Below, one piece after another: positions 8,990 to 17,754 of a stretch of DNA of 49,068 nt (position 1 is the stretch's first letter; every line of letters starts with the position of its first letter). The translations under genes and the position numbers were made by a program. Below the pieces are notes generated by a model, which searched no databases, was not told the origin of the DNA, and saw only the letters and a program-made list of their open reading frames with translations. The stretch comes from a bacterium (GTDB lineage Bacteria > Myxococcota_A > Bradymonadia > UBA7976 > UBA1532). Location of the stretch: NCBI GenBank assembly GCA_030426945.1, contig JAUHXL010000003.1:1-49068 (forward strand), in the 5' to 3' direction.

Positions 8990-11626
8990 GTGAACGACGC
9001 GGCCGAGGCCGACCTGCGCGCCGCGCTGGCGCAGGATCCCGACGACCGGGCCGCCGAGCGCGCGCTCAGCCGCCTCCTCGAGGATGCCGGCCGGCACGAG
9101 GATCTGGCGCTGCACCTGCTCGAGCGCCTCGAGGTCGTCGTCGGGCCGGACCGCCTGCCGCTCTTCGAGCGCGTGGCCGACGTCCTCGAGGAGCACCTCG
9201 ACGCCCCGGAGCGCGCGCTGCGGGTGCTGGTGCAGGCCTTCAGCGAGACCGGGGACGATGATCGGCTGGGCCGCACCCTGGCGCGGCTGGCGCAGCGCAC
9301 CGGCCAGTGGGACGCGGTGTTCGAGGTGTACGAGCAGCGCTTGCTGCAGCCCGGCCTGCGCGAGCCCATCGATCTGCACCGGCGGCTGGCCGGCTGGTAT
9401 CAGGTGCAGGGCCGCGGCGCCGACGCCGCGCGGCACCTGTGGCGCGTGCTGAAGAGCGATCCCGACGACGCGGGCGCGGCGCACGATCTCGAGGCGCACT
9501 ACGAGGCCGTCGAGGACTGGCGCGCGCTGGTCGACCTCCTGCGATCACGCCTGGCGCGCGTCACCGACGACGAGGCGCACAAGCGGGCCACGCAGCGCAT
9601 CGCGCGCCTGCTCGAGGTGCGGCTGGGGGCGGCGGCCGAGGCCATCGCGGTCGTCGGCGAGCTGTACCAGCGGGCCCCGGACGAGGGGCTCGAGGAGGCC
9701 CTCGAGCGGCTGGCCGAGGCCAGCGGGGAGTGGGCCGCGCTGGCGCGGGTGTACGAGGCGGCGTTGCAGGCCACGGTGGCGGTGCCCCGCGATTTGGCGC
9801 AGGTCCATCGGCGGCTCGGGCGGCTGTACAGCCGGCGCCTGGGCGACGTCGAGCGCGCCGTGCGCCACTACGACCGCGCGCTCGAGGCGGATCCCGACGA
9901 CGTGCGCACGCTGGGTGAGCTGCGCGGGCTGCTCGAGGCGGAGCAGCGCTGGGGCGAGCTGGCGATGGTGCTGGCGCAGGAGGCCCGGCTGGTGGGGGAT
10001 CGCGCCGAGCGCTACCGCCGCTATCTGGCGCTGGGCGAGCTGTACCACGATCGCATCGGCTCGGCCGCCGACGCCGCCGAGGCGTGGTTCCAAGCGCTGG
10101 AGGCGCGGCCCGACGACAAGGCCGTGCTGGTGCGCCTGCTCGAGGTCTACGGCGAGAGCGGTCAGTGGGACGCGGCGGTCAAGGTGCTGCGGCGGTTGGT
10201 GAAGGTCGAGGCCGACATCGCGCGCCGGGCGCAGTTCGAGCTGACGATGGGCGTCGTGCTGCGCGACGAGCTGGGTGATCGCTACCAGGCGGTGCGGGCC
10301 TTCGACCGCGCGCTCGAGCTGAGGCCCACCTTCGCGGAGGCCTTCGAGGCGATGGAGGCGACCCTGGCCGAGGAGGGCGATCCGGCCCGGCGGGATCGCT
10401 ACTACCGCAAGATGCTGCAGCGGGCGCGGGAGCACCGGCTCGACGCGCGCCTGATCGAGAAGCTCGCGCGGGCGCTGGTGGCGCTCAACCGCGACGAGCT
10501 GGGTCAGCCGGCGGCGGCGCTGCAGGCGATGAAGGTGGTGCTGAAGTACGCCCCGGACGACACGACGGCGCGCCTGCAGATGGCGCAGCTGGCCGAAGAG
10601 GCCGGGCGCTCGGACGACGCCGCCGAGATCCTGCGTGGCCTGCTCGAGCGCGATCCGTCGAACGTCGAGGCGTGGCACGCGCTGTACCGGGTGTACCGCA
10701 GCGTGCGCCGCTACGACGCGGCCTGGTGCGTCAGCCAGGCGCTGATGCTGGTGGGGCAGGCCCGCGACGACGAGTCGCGCTTCTACCGCAAGGGGCGGGC
10801 GGCGCAGGACGAGCGCACGGTGGGCGCGCTGCGGCCGCCCGACTGGCTGGCCGTGCGGGCGCCGGGCAAGAGCGAGGCGCTCGACGCGCTGTACCTGAAC
10901 CTGAACGCGACCGCGTGGCCGCTGATGACCGGGGATCCCCGCGATCTGAAGCTGAGCCCCAAGCGGGATCGCGTCACGCTCGACCTCGGCACCCGCTTCG
11001 GCCAGGTGGCCGCCTACGTCGGCCGCATCGTCGGCCTGCAGCTCGACGCCGTCTGGGCCACCGAGCGCGCCTCCGGGATCAGCATCCCCAACCTGGATCC
11101 GCCCGCGCTGCTGGTGGGGCCGGACGTGGAGCAGCTGCCCCTCGAGGCCCTGGCTTTCATGCTCAGCCGCTGGCTGTACCTGATGGCGCGCCAGCACGTG
11201 GCGGCCGCCGTGGACGAGGAGCCGGGTCGGCGGCGCGCGCGGCTGGTGGCGCTGGCCGCCACGGGCCTCGCGCGGGTCTTCCCGCAGTCGGCGCCGCCGG
11301 GCTACGACGCGGGGCTGCTGCAGGCGCTGGGTGGCCTGCCGGGGGGGGCGGTGGGTGCCATCGAGCGCGCCGGCGCGCCCCTGCTCGACCCCGGCCTCGA
11401 GGCCTTCGGGGTGGACGCCTGGCTCGAGGCGCTCGAGCACAGCGCCAACCGCGTCGGCTTCGTCGTCTGCAACGATCTCGCCGCCGCGGTGGGCCGAATC
11501 CAGGCCGAGGCGCGGCCCGTGGCGCCGGCGTCGGTCAACGATCGCGTCCGCGCCCTGCTGCTGTTCTCGGTCTCGCCCGCTTATCTCGAGGTGCGTCAAC
11601 GGCTGGGGCTGTCCCTCGACACGTGA
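8990..11626 (+). CDS. Long TPR-repeat protein (myxobacterial AgmK-like architecture) with a degenerate zincin-like C-terminal domain
   Basis: Many TPR repeats (e.g. AVRHYDRALEADPDD, AWFQALEARPDD). The C-terminus (ALAFMLSR...SANRVGFVVCNDLAAA) is typical of these proteins. Confidence 0.8.
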   Translation: MNDAAEADLRAALAQDPDDRAAERALSRLLEDAGRHEDLALHLLERLEVVVGPDRLPLFERVADVLEEHLDAPERALRVLVQAFSETGDDDRLGRTLARLAQRTGQWDAVFEVYEQRLLQPGLREPIDLHRRLAGWYQVQGRGADAARHLWRVLKSDPDDAGAAHDLEAHYEAVEDWRALVDLLRSRLARVTDDEAHKRATQRIARLLEVRLGAAAEAIAVVGELYQRAPDEGLEEALERLAEASGEWAALARVYEAALQATVAVPRDLAQVHRRLGRLYSRRLGDVERAVRHYDRALEADPDDVRTLGELRGLLEAEQRWGELAMVLAQEARLVGDRAERYRRYLALGELYHDRIGSAADAAEAWFQALEARPDDKAVLVRLLEVYGESGQWDAAVKVLRRLVKVEADIARRAQFELTMGVVLRDELGDRYQAVRAFDRALELRPTFAEAFEAMEATLAEEGDPARRDRYYRKMLQRAREHRLDARLIEKLARALVALNRDELGQPAAALQAMKVVLKYAPDDTTARLQMAQLAEEAGRSDDAAEILRGLLERDPSNVEAWHALYRVYRSVRRYDAAWCVSQALMLVGQARDDESRFYRKGRAAQDERTVGALRPPDWLAVRAPGKSEALDALYLNLNATAWPLMTGDPRDLKLSPKRDRVTLDLGTRFGQVAAYVGRIVGLQLDAVWATERASGISIPNLDPPALLVGPDVEQLPLEALAFMLSRWLYLMARQHVAAAVDEEPGRRRARLVALAATGLARVFPQSAPPGYDAGLLQALGGLPGGAVGAIERAGAPLLDPGLEAFGVDAWLEALEHSANRVGFVVCNDLAAAVGRIQAEARPVAPASVNDRVRALLLFSVSPAYLEVRQRLGLSLDT

Positions 11627-11719
11627 GACGGCGTGAGCCGCGCGGTGTCGAATTCTGCACCTGCTGCGGACCGCCGAGCATCGTTAACCTCTCCGCGCCC
11701 ACCGCCCCTGGAGATGTCC

Positions 11720-12379
11720 ATGCGCACCCTCGTCATCGTCGCCGCGCTGGCCCTGCCGGCCGGCGCCGCCCTGGCCGAGACGCCCGTCGCGCGCCGCGCG
11801 GCCGAGGCCAGCGTCGCGGCCCTGCAGCAGCGCAGCGCCGCCGTCCGCGCGGCCTGGCAGCCCGGCGCCGTCACGCCGGCGCGCCTGACCGGCCTGCGCG
11901 TGCCGACGGCCGGCGCCACGCCCGAGGCCCGCGCCCGCGGCTTCCTGCGGGCCCACCCGGATCTGCTCGCGCTGCGCGAGGCCGTGCTGGTCAGCACCCG
12001 CAAGAGCCGCGAGCGCACGGTCGTGCGCCTGCAGCAGACCCACGCCGGCCGCCCGGTGGTCGACCGCGTGGTCGCCATCACGCTCGACGGCGAGGGCGCG
12101 GTGCGCAGCGTGATCAACGCCACCGTGCCCCTGCAGCAGGTGAAGCCCAGCGCCCTCGACGCCGCCGCCGCGCGCGCGCTGGCCGTGCGCCACGTGCTCG
12201 GCCGCGACGATGCCGATCTGCCGACCAAGGTGAGCCCGGTGGTCTTCGCGCTCGGCACCCAGGGCGTCGAGGGCTTCGAGGTCGAGCTGAGCCGCGTGCC
12301 CTTCCACGAACACCTGGTCGTCCGCGTCGACGGCCACGCCGGCGAGATCATCGGCGTCCGCGACGAGGTCATGCACTGA
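11720..12379 (+). CDS. Stand-alone secreted fungalysin/thermolysin propeptide (FTP)/PepSY-like protein
   Basis: GGAG RBS and signal peptide. ARARGFLRAHPDLL...VVRLQQTHAGRPV is FTP-like; the C-terminal VRVDGHAGEII is PepSY-like. Confidence 0.78.
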   Translation: MRTLVIVAALALPAGAALAETPVARRAAEASVAALQQRSAAVRAAWQPGAVTPARLTGLRVPTAGATPEARARGFLRAHPDLLALREAVLVSTRKSRERTVVRLQQTHAGRPVVDRVVAITLDGEGAVRSVINATVPLQQVKPSALDAAAARALAVRHVLGRDDADLPTKVSPVVFALGTQGVEGFEVELSRVPFHEHLVVRVDGHAGEIIGVRDEVMH

Positions 12380-14250
12380 TGAAGCGCGCACTGCTGATCG
12401 GCGCCGCCCTCGTGGCCAGCGCTTGCGACGACGGGGGCAGCCCCGCCCTCGAGCTCGAGGTCGACGCGGCGCCGGCGCCGGTCGACGCCGCCCCGCCCGC
12501 GCCCGACGCGGCCGCGCCCGACGCGGCCCCCGAGGACGCGGGGCCGCCGCCGCACCTCGACGCCCCGCTGGCCTGGATCTACGTCGACGACCCGGTGACC
12601 GACGAGGGCGAGCTGACCCAGGTGGCGCTCGCCCGCACGGATCACGCCGACGGCCGCCTCACCAACCACGCCGTCGAGGTCTTCAACTGCCTCAACGAGG
12701 AGGGGGGCGTCGTCGCCACGCCCGATCTCGGCGGGCTGATGCTGACCGTCAGCCTGTGCCACGAGGTGCAGGTGGCGCGCCCGGACGCCGACGGCAACTA
12801 CCTGAGCATCGTGCCGCCCGCGGACGAGTCGGATCCCAACGACTCGTTCGCCGAGGTGATGATGTATCACCAGGTCACGCGCGCGCGGGACTACTTCTTC
12901 GAACGCTTCGGCTTCACCGATCTCGACATCTCGCTGCCCGCGCTGGTGAACGTGCAGCTGAAGGTGGAGCCGCCCCTCAGCCTGGGGCCCTTCCGCCCCA
13001 ACGCCGACGGCTGGTACCCGCTGGCCAACGCCGCCTTCTTCCCGAAGGAGCAGTGGGATCTGTTCGCGTCCCAGTTCGGCCTGCCGCCGCGGGACAGCGA
13101 CAGCATCATCTTCTTCCAGGATCAGAAGGACTTCGCCTACGACGCGCGGGTCATCTTCCACGAGTACACCCACGCGGTGATCGGCTTCGACCGCCTGAGC
13201 GCGCAGCGCGTGGTCGACCGGTACGGGTTGAACCCGTCCACCTTCTCCATGCACGAGGGGCTGGCCGACTACTTCGCCGCCACCCTGGCCGACGACGCGG
13301 TCATCGGCCGCTACGTCGGGCAGGGCGGCTCCGGCATCCGCGACATCAGCGACCGCAAGAAGTGCCCCGACGACGTCGTCGCCGAGTCCCACGCGAACGG
13401 GCAGATCATCGGCTCGACGCTGTGGGCCGTGCGCCAGCGCCTCGGCGCCGAGGTCACCGATCAGATCGTCTACCGCGCGCTCGAGCAGTTCACGCAGACG
13501 ACCACCTTCGAGGAAGCGGCGGCGCTGATGATCGCCGAGGCCGAGGCCATGGATCCGGGCCTCGTCGAGCCGCTGCGGGCCGTCTTCGCCGAGTCCAACT
13601 TCGAGATCTGCGAGCGCTCGGCGCCGTGGGTCGACTTCGACGTCGACCGCGTCTGGCATCGGCTGCCCTACACCGTCGAGGGCAGCCAGTCGGTGGGCAT
13701 CGCCGGCTTCCGCGAGGGGGTGCCGGCCTACAAGCAGTTCCACGTCGATGTGCCGGCCGGCGCGCAGGCCGTCCGCGTCACCTGGCAGGCGATCGCCGGG
13801 GCCAGCTTCATCGGCCAGCCCGGCCCCCTGCGCGCGCCCTTGGATCTGGCGCTGCGCCACGGGCAGCCGATCGAGTTCACCTACGGGAACGGGGTGCGCA
13901 TGGATCTCGACCACCGCGTGACGCCGCCCCTCGCCGAGGGCGTGCAGACCGCGGTGCTCGCGGGCGATTGCCTGCCTGCGGGCGGCGGCCGTCTGCACAC
14001 GCTCTTCCTGAACACGGGCGCCGATCCGGCGCAGATCGTCCGGATGAACGCCGAGGTGCTCGAGGCGCTGCCGCTCGACGGCACGCCGATCATCGACTGC
14101 GGGGGCGGTGGGCCCACCGAGGGCGACGCGGGGCTACCCGCCGAGGACGCGGGCGTGCCCGATGCGGCGACCGGGGACGCGGGGGTGGGTGACGGCGGAG
14201 CGCCCGAGGCCGATGGGGGCCTCGACGCCGGGACGGCAGACGCCGGCTGA
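12379..14250 (+). CDS. M4/M36-like (gluzincin) zinc metallopeptidase lipoprotein
   Basis: Lipobox ASAC. Motifs NAAF, HEYTH (HExxH), downstream third ligand in MHEGLADYFA, and ESHANG. Starts in a TGATG overlap with the upstream gene. Confidence 0.85.
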   Translation: MKRALLIGAALVASACDDGGSPALELEVDAAPAPVDAAPPAPDAAAPDAAPEDAGPPPHLDAPLAWIYVDDPVTDEGELTQVALARTDHADGRLTNHAVEVFNCLNEEGGVVATPDLGGLMLTVSLCHEVQVARPDADGNYLSIVPPADESDPNDSFAEVMMYHQVTRARDYFFERFGFTDLDISLPALVNVQLKVEPPLSLGPFRPNADGWYPLANAAFFPKEQWDLFASQFGLPPRDSDSIIFFQDQKDFAYDARVIFHEYTHAVIGFDRLSAQRVVDRYGLNPSTFSMHEGLADYFAATLADDAVIGRYVGQGGSGIRDISDRKKCPDDVVAESHANGQIIGSTLWAVRQRLGAEVTDQIVYRALEQFTQTTTFEEAAALMIAEAEAMDPGLVEPLRAVFAESNFEICERSAPWVDFDVDRVWHRLPYTVEGSQSVGIAGFREGVPAYKQFHVDVPAGAQAVRVTWQAIAGASFIGQPGPLRAPLDLALRHGQPIEFTYGNGVRMDLDHRVTPPLAEGVQTAVLAGDCLPAGGGRLHTLFLNTGADPAQIVRMNAEVLEALPLDGTPIIDCGGGGPTEGDAGLPAEDAGVPDAATGDAGVGDGGAPEADGGLDAGTADAG

Positions 14251-14272
14251 GCCGCCGGGTCCGCCGGCCCCG

Positions 14273-14458
14273 TCAGGGCTCCAGCGGCGCCTGTGGCCCC
14301 GGCACGATGTGCGCGATGTCGGGGTCGATCCCCGCGGGCGTGTCCGGCCGCGTGGTCTTCTCCTCCATCTTCTGCAGCTTCTTGCGCCGCTTGTCTTCCC
14401 GCTTGTCCTGGCGGGCCTTCTCTTTCAAGCGCTTGTTGACGCTCGGGTTCATCGCCAT
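14273..14458 (-). CDS. Small basic hypothetical protein (61 aa)
   Basis: GGAGAG RBS before ATG 14458. Lys/Arg-rich helix followed by IDPDIAHIVPGPQ; codon usage is coding-like. Confidence 0.75.
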   Translation of the reverse strand: MAMNPSVNKRLKEKARQDKREDKRRKKLQKMEEKTTRPDTPAGIDPDIAHIVPGPQAPLEP

Positions 14459-14538
14459 GTGTGGCTCTCCACGCAATCTGTGCGGCGCGGAGTGTGGCAC
14501 GTTTGGTGGGTCCAGATCGCCTGCGATTCCGCGGGGTG

Positions 14539-14557
14539 AACCACCGATTGAGTGGTT
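14539..14557. promoter_or_regulatory. Inverted repeat AACCAC-N7-GTGGTT, candidate operator in a divergent promoter region
   Basis: Perfect 6-bp dyad in a lower-GC intergenic stretch between the small gene and the helicase operon. Confidence 0.35.
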
Positions 14558-14742
14558 ATGCCAATGACATCGGCTACTTGGCGTGCCTCGACTTTCTCGC
14601 GAGGGGCCGCCTGAGCGCGGCCGGGCGCTGAACCGCGGGCCCCGCGCCCCGCGCCGCCGACCGGATCGAGGCTCCGAGGCGCCTCGTGTCCGCTTCGGCG
14701 CGCGGCGCGCGTCCCTGGTGCACACGCACCCAGGGGAGCCCG

Positions 14743-17700
14743 ATGTCCGCGCTGCACTACCACGCCCTCGATCGCGCCTCCGTCGCCCGCGCCCTGCAGG
14801 GCCAGGCGACCGCCACGCTCGGCCCCTACCTGTTCCACCTCAAGAAGGGCATCGAGGCGGCCAGGACGCGCGCCGAGCGCTCGGACGTCGAGTGGGCGCG
14901 CGTCCCCGCGCCGGTGACCGTCGCCCTCGAGGCGCTCGACTCGCTGTTCGACCTGCCGCTGCGGCCCCAGTGGTACCTGGTCGAAGCGCTCGACGGCCGC
15001 GCGCCGGACCCCGACCAGCCCCTGATGGTGGATCGCGCGGCCGTGGTGCAGCTCGACGCGGTCGAGCGGGCCGGTGGGGTCTGGCGCGTTCGGCCGGCCG
15101 AGGCGGTGGCGCCCGGCGCCGAGGTCCGCTGGGACGGCTGCCCCGTCACGCTGCGGCCGGTCGAGGACGCGGTCGAGGTCTTCGACGGCGAGGGCCGGCC
15201 GCTGGCCGTCGAGCTGGTCGAGCGGCGCGCCGACGCCCTGCGCGTGGTCGCGCCGGGCCGCCACGCCACCGTGCACGACGCGGACGGCGCGATCCTGGCC
15301 GCGGCCCGACCGCCGCGCGAGGGCGCGCGCCTGCTGCGGGGGCCCGACGGCTTCGCCGTGCCGCTGCCGCCGGGCGACGCGCCCCTGGCCGACCGGCCGC
15401 CCGCCGGCACCCTGCGAGCCGACAACGGCGTGCGCTTCGCGGCCCGCGGCGAGCGCGCCGAGACGCGCGGCGTGCGCATCCAGCTCGTCGCCCCGCGCCA
15501 CGCCGACGAGGTGATCGATCCGCGCGACGCCTTCTTCGAGGAGGGCGTGCGCGAGGTCGAGAGCCACGCCAGGCGCGCGTTCGCCCGCCACCGCGTCCTG
15601 CGCCGCTTCCCCGACGAGCGCCAGCTCGTGCTCGACGAGGCGCCGCCGGCCGGGGCCAGGCTGCGCGTGTCGGTCAACGTGGTGAACCAGACCCGGCAGC
15701 GGCGCGCGCTGTTCGCCCTGCGTGATCGCCCGCAGCCCCACCACCGGCCCCTGCTGCGGCTGTTCGAGCAGCCCGAGCGCTGCCGCTGGCCCGCCGTCGC
15801 CCCGGTGGCCGTCGATGACTGGGCCTTCCTCACCGACGACCACGTCAGCGGGTGCGCCGCCCAGCGGCGCTCGGTCGAGGTCGCGCTCGGCACGCCCGAC
15901 TTCGCGCTCATCGAGGGCCCGCCCGGCTCGGGCAAGACCGCCGTCGTCACCGAGCTGGTCGTGCAGGCGGTGCGCCGCGGTCAGCGGGTGCTGCTCTGCT
16001 CGACCACCCACGTCGCCGTCGACAACGTCGTCGAGCGGCTGGGCCAGCTCCGAGAGCCGATCGAGGTGCTGCGCCTGGGCGACGCGGATCGCGTCGACGA
16101 GAGCCTAAGGGCACACCAGATCGACGCCGTCGTCGACGGGCTGGCCGGGGCGCTGCCGATGGGCGGCCCGGCCCTCGCGCGGCAGCTCGCGTTCGAGGCC
16201 GCCGACGTCGTGTGCGGCACGACCACCGGCGTGGCGCGCTACGACGAGATCGCCGCCGCCGCCGAGGGGCGTCCCTTCGATGTGCTCGTGCTCGACGAGG
16301 CCAGCAAGACGACGCTGCAGGAGATGGTGGTGCCCGCGCTGGCGGCCCGGCGCTGGATCATCGTCGGCGACGTGCGCCAGCTTCCGCCGTTCAGCGATCG
16401 CGCGATGCTCGAGGCGGCGCTCGCCGAGCTGAAGCTCGACGACGGGACGGTCTTGCCGGCCGCGCGCCAGCGCGCCGGCCTGCTCTGGCACGCCCTGCAC
16501 CGCGCGCGGCAGCCGGCGCTGGTGGTCGAGCCGCCCGCCGTGCTGGACGCGCTGCAGGCCGACCTCGCCGCGCGTGACAGCGACCGGGTGGTCGCGCGGC
16601 TCGAGGCGTCGCCGCGCGGTGACGCGGCCGCCGAGCTGCGCCGCCTGCTGGCCGCCGACCTGGTCTTGGTGACGCCCGCGGCGTTGCCGGCCTGGTCCGA
16701 TCGCCTGCCGCCGCACCTGCTGCTGGCGGCCCCGCTGAGCGATCTGGCGGACGAGACGCTGATCTTCCGTTGGCGTGCCACGCCGGCCGACCGGCAGGGC
16801 ACCGACCACCTGCGCCGGCAGCTCGAGGGCCGCACCTGGGCGGGCGAGGTGGCCTGGCGCATGGCCCGCGAGCACGAGCTGCGCCGGGCCGCCGCCGATC
16901 GCCAGCGCGACCGCTACGCCGACGCGCTCGATACGCTGCAGCCCGTCGATCCGGCGGTGCGCGGCGCGGTGGTGGCCCAGCGCGACATCGCGCTGCCCAG
17001 CGTCATCGAGGTGCTGCAGGAGGGCGCGGGGGAGACCCGGTTCCACCGCCCGACGCACCTGCAGAGCGGGCTGCCCGCGGCCGTGCTGCGCGGGCGTCTG
17101 GTCAGCCTGACCCACCAGCACCGGATGGTGCCCGCCATCTCGGACTTCCCGCGCGCCGCCTTCTACGCGGGCCAGGCCCTGGTCGACGGCTCGCTGCTCG
17201 ACGGGCGCGACGCCCGCGACGGCTGGCCCGCGACGCCCGACACCGCGCCCGGGCGCTTCTGGGTGCCCGTGCGGGGCGAGGTGCTGCAGGGCCGCAACGC
17301 GGCCGAGGTGCGCGCGATGCGGGGCGCGCTCGAGCGGCTGCTCGCGGCCCTGGGTGATCACCCTGCGCGGGGGCGCGCCCCCTGGTCGGTGGCCTGCCTC
17401 ACCTTCTACGTGCAGCAGTCGCTCGCCCTGCGCGACATGCTGCGGCAGCTCACGGGGCACGCGCGCGGTGAGTCCCGCTTCCGCCACGGCGCGGTCGAGA
17501 TCCTCTGCGGCACCGTCGATCGCTTCCAGGGGCGCGAGGCCGACGCGGTGCTGCTCAGCATGCGCAACGTCGGCGGCGTCGGCTTCATGGACAGCCCCAA
17601 TCGCCTGAACGTCGCGCTGACCCGCGCGCGCCGCCGCCTGTTGATCTTCGGCGATCCGGGCACGTTCGAGCGCTGCCGGGCCGACGAACTGCGGCAGCTC

Positions 17701-17754
17701 GTGTCCGGTACGCCCCGGCGCCCGCGTCCTGGGGCACACGAGGAGGCGAGATGA
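14743..17754 (+). CDS. Superfamily 1 helicase, Upf1/DNA2/NAM7-like (AAA_11/AAA_12)
   Basis: Walker A GPPGSGKT, Walker B DEAS, and motifs VGDVRQLPP, QHRM, TVDRFQGRE and NRLNVALTRAR. GGGGAG RBS. Confidence 0.93.
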   Translation: MSALHYHALDRASVARALQGQATATLGPYLFHLKKGIEAARTRAERSDVEWARVPAPVTVALEALDSLFDLPLRPQWYLVEALDGRAPDPDQPLMVDRAAVVQLDAVERAGGVWRVRPAEAVAPGAEVRWDGCPVTLRPVEDAVEVFDGEGRPLAVELVERRADALRVVAPGRHATVHDADGAILAAARPPREGARLLRGPDGFAVPLPPGDAPLADRPPAGTLRADNGVRFAARGERAETRGVRIQLVAPRHADEVIDPRDAFFEEGVREVESHARRAFARHRVLRRFPDERQLVLDEAPPAGARLRVSVNVVNQTRQRRALFALRDRPQPHHRPLLRLFEQPERCRWPAVAPVAVDDWAFLTDDHVSGCAAQRRSVEVALGTPDFALIEGPPGSGKTAVVTELVVQAVRRGQRVLLCSTTHVAVDNVVERLGQLREPIEVLRLGDADRVDESLRAHQIDAVVDGLAGALPMGGPALARQLAFEAADVVCGTTTGVARYDEIAAAAEGRPFDVLVLDEASKTTLQEMVVPALAARRWIIVGDVRQLPPFSDRAMLEAALAELKLDDGTVLPAARQRAGLLWHALHRARQPALVVEPPAVLDALQADLAARDSDRVVARLEASPRGDAAAELRRLLAADLVLVTPAALPAWSDRLPPHLLLAAPLSDLADETLIFRWRATPADRQGTDHLRRQLEGRTWAGEVAWRMAREHELRRAAADRQRDRYADALDTLQPVDPAVRGAVVAQRDIALPSVIEVLQEGAGETRFHRPTHLQSGLPAAVLRGRLVSLTHQHRMVPAISDFPRAAFYAGQALVDGSLLDGRDARDGWPATPDTAPGRFWVPVRGEVLQGRNAAEVRAMRGALERLLAALGDHPARGRAPWSVACLTFYVQQSLALRDMLRQLTGHARGESRFRHGAVEILCGTVDRFQGREADAVLLSMRNVGGVGFMDSPNRLNVALTRARRRLLIFGDPGTFERCRADELRQLVSGTPRRPRPGAHEEAR

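Noticed and set aside
12370-12385. Frameshift or pseudogene explanation for the split peptidase
   Set aside because: The downstream ORF has its own complete signal peptide and lipobox, and the junction is a standard TGATG coupling.
10672-14250. 1192-aa ORF as a single giant peptidase
   Set aside because: The first 569 codons are a shadow of the TPR and propeptide genes. The real protein starts at ATG 12379 with a lipoprotein signal. Similar over-extension affects track ORFs at 7102, 17846, 20185, 22161, 31352, 40920, 40230 and 47961.
14495-14510. Sigma54 promoter at TGGCACG
   Set aside because: The required -12 GC (TTGC) is absent at the correct spacing; the sequence reads GTGG.
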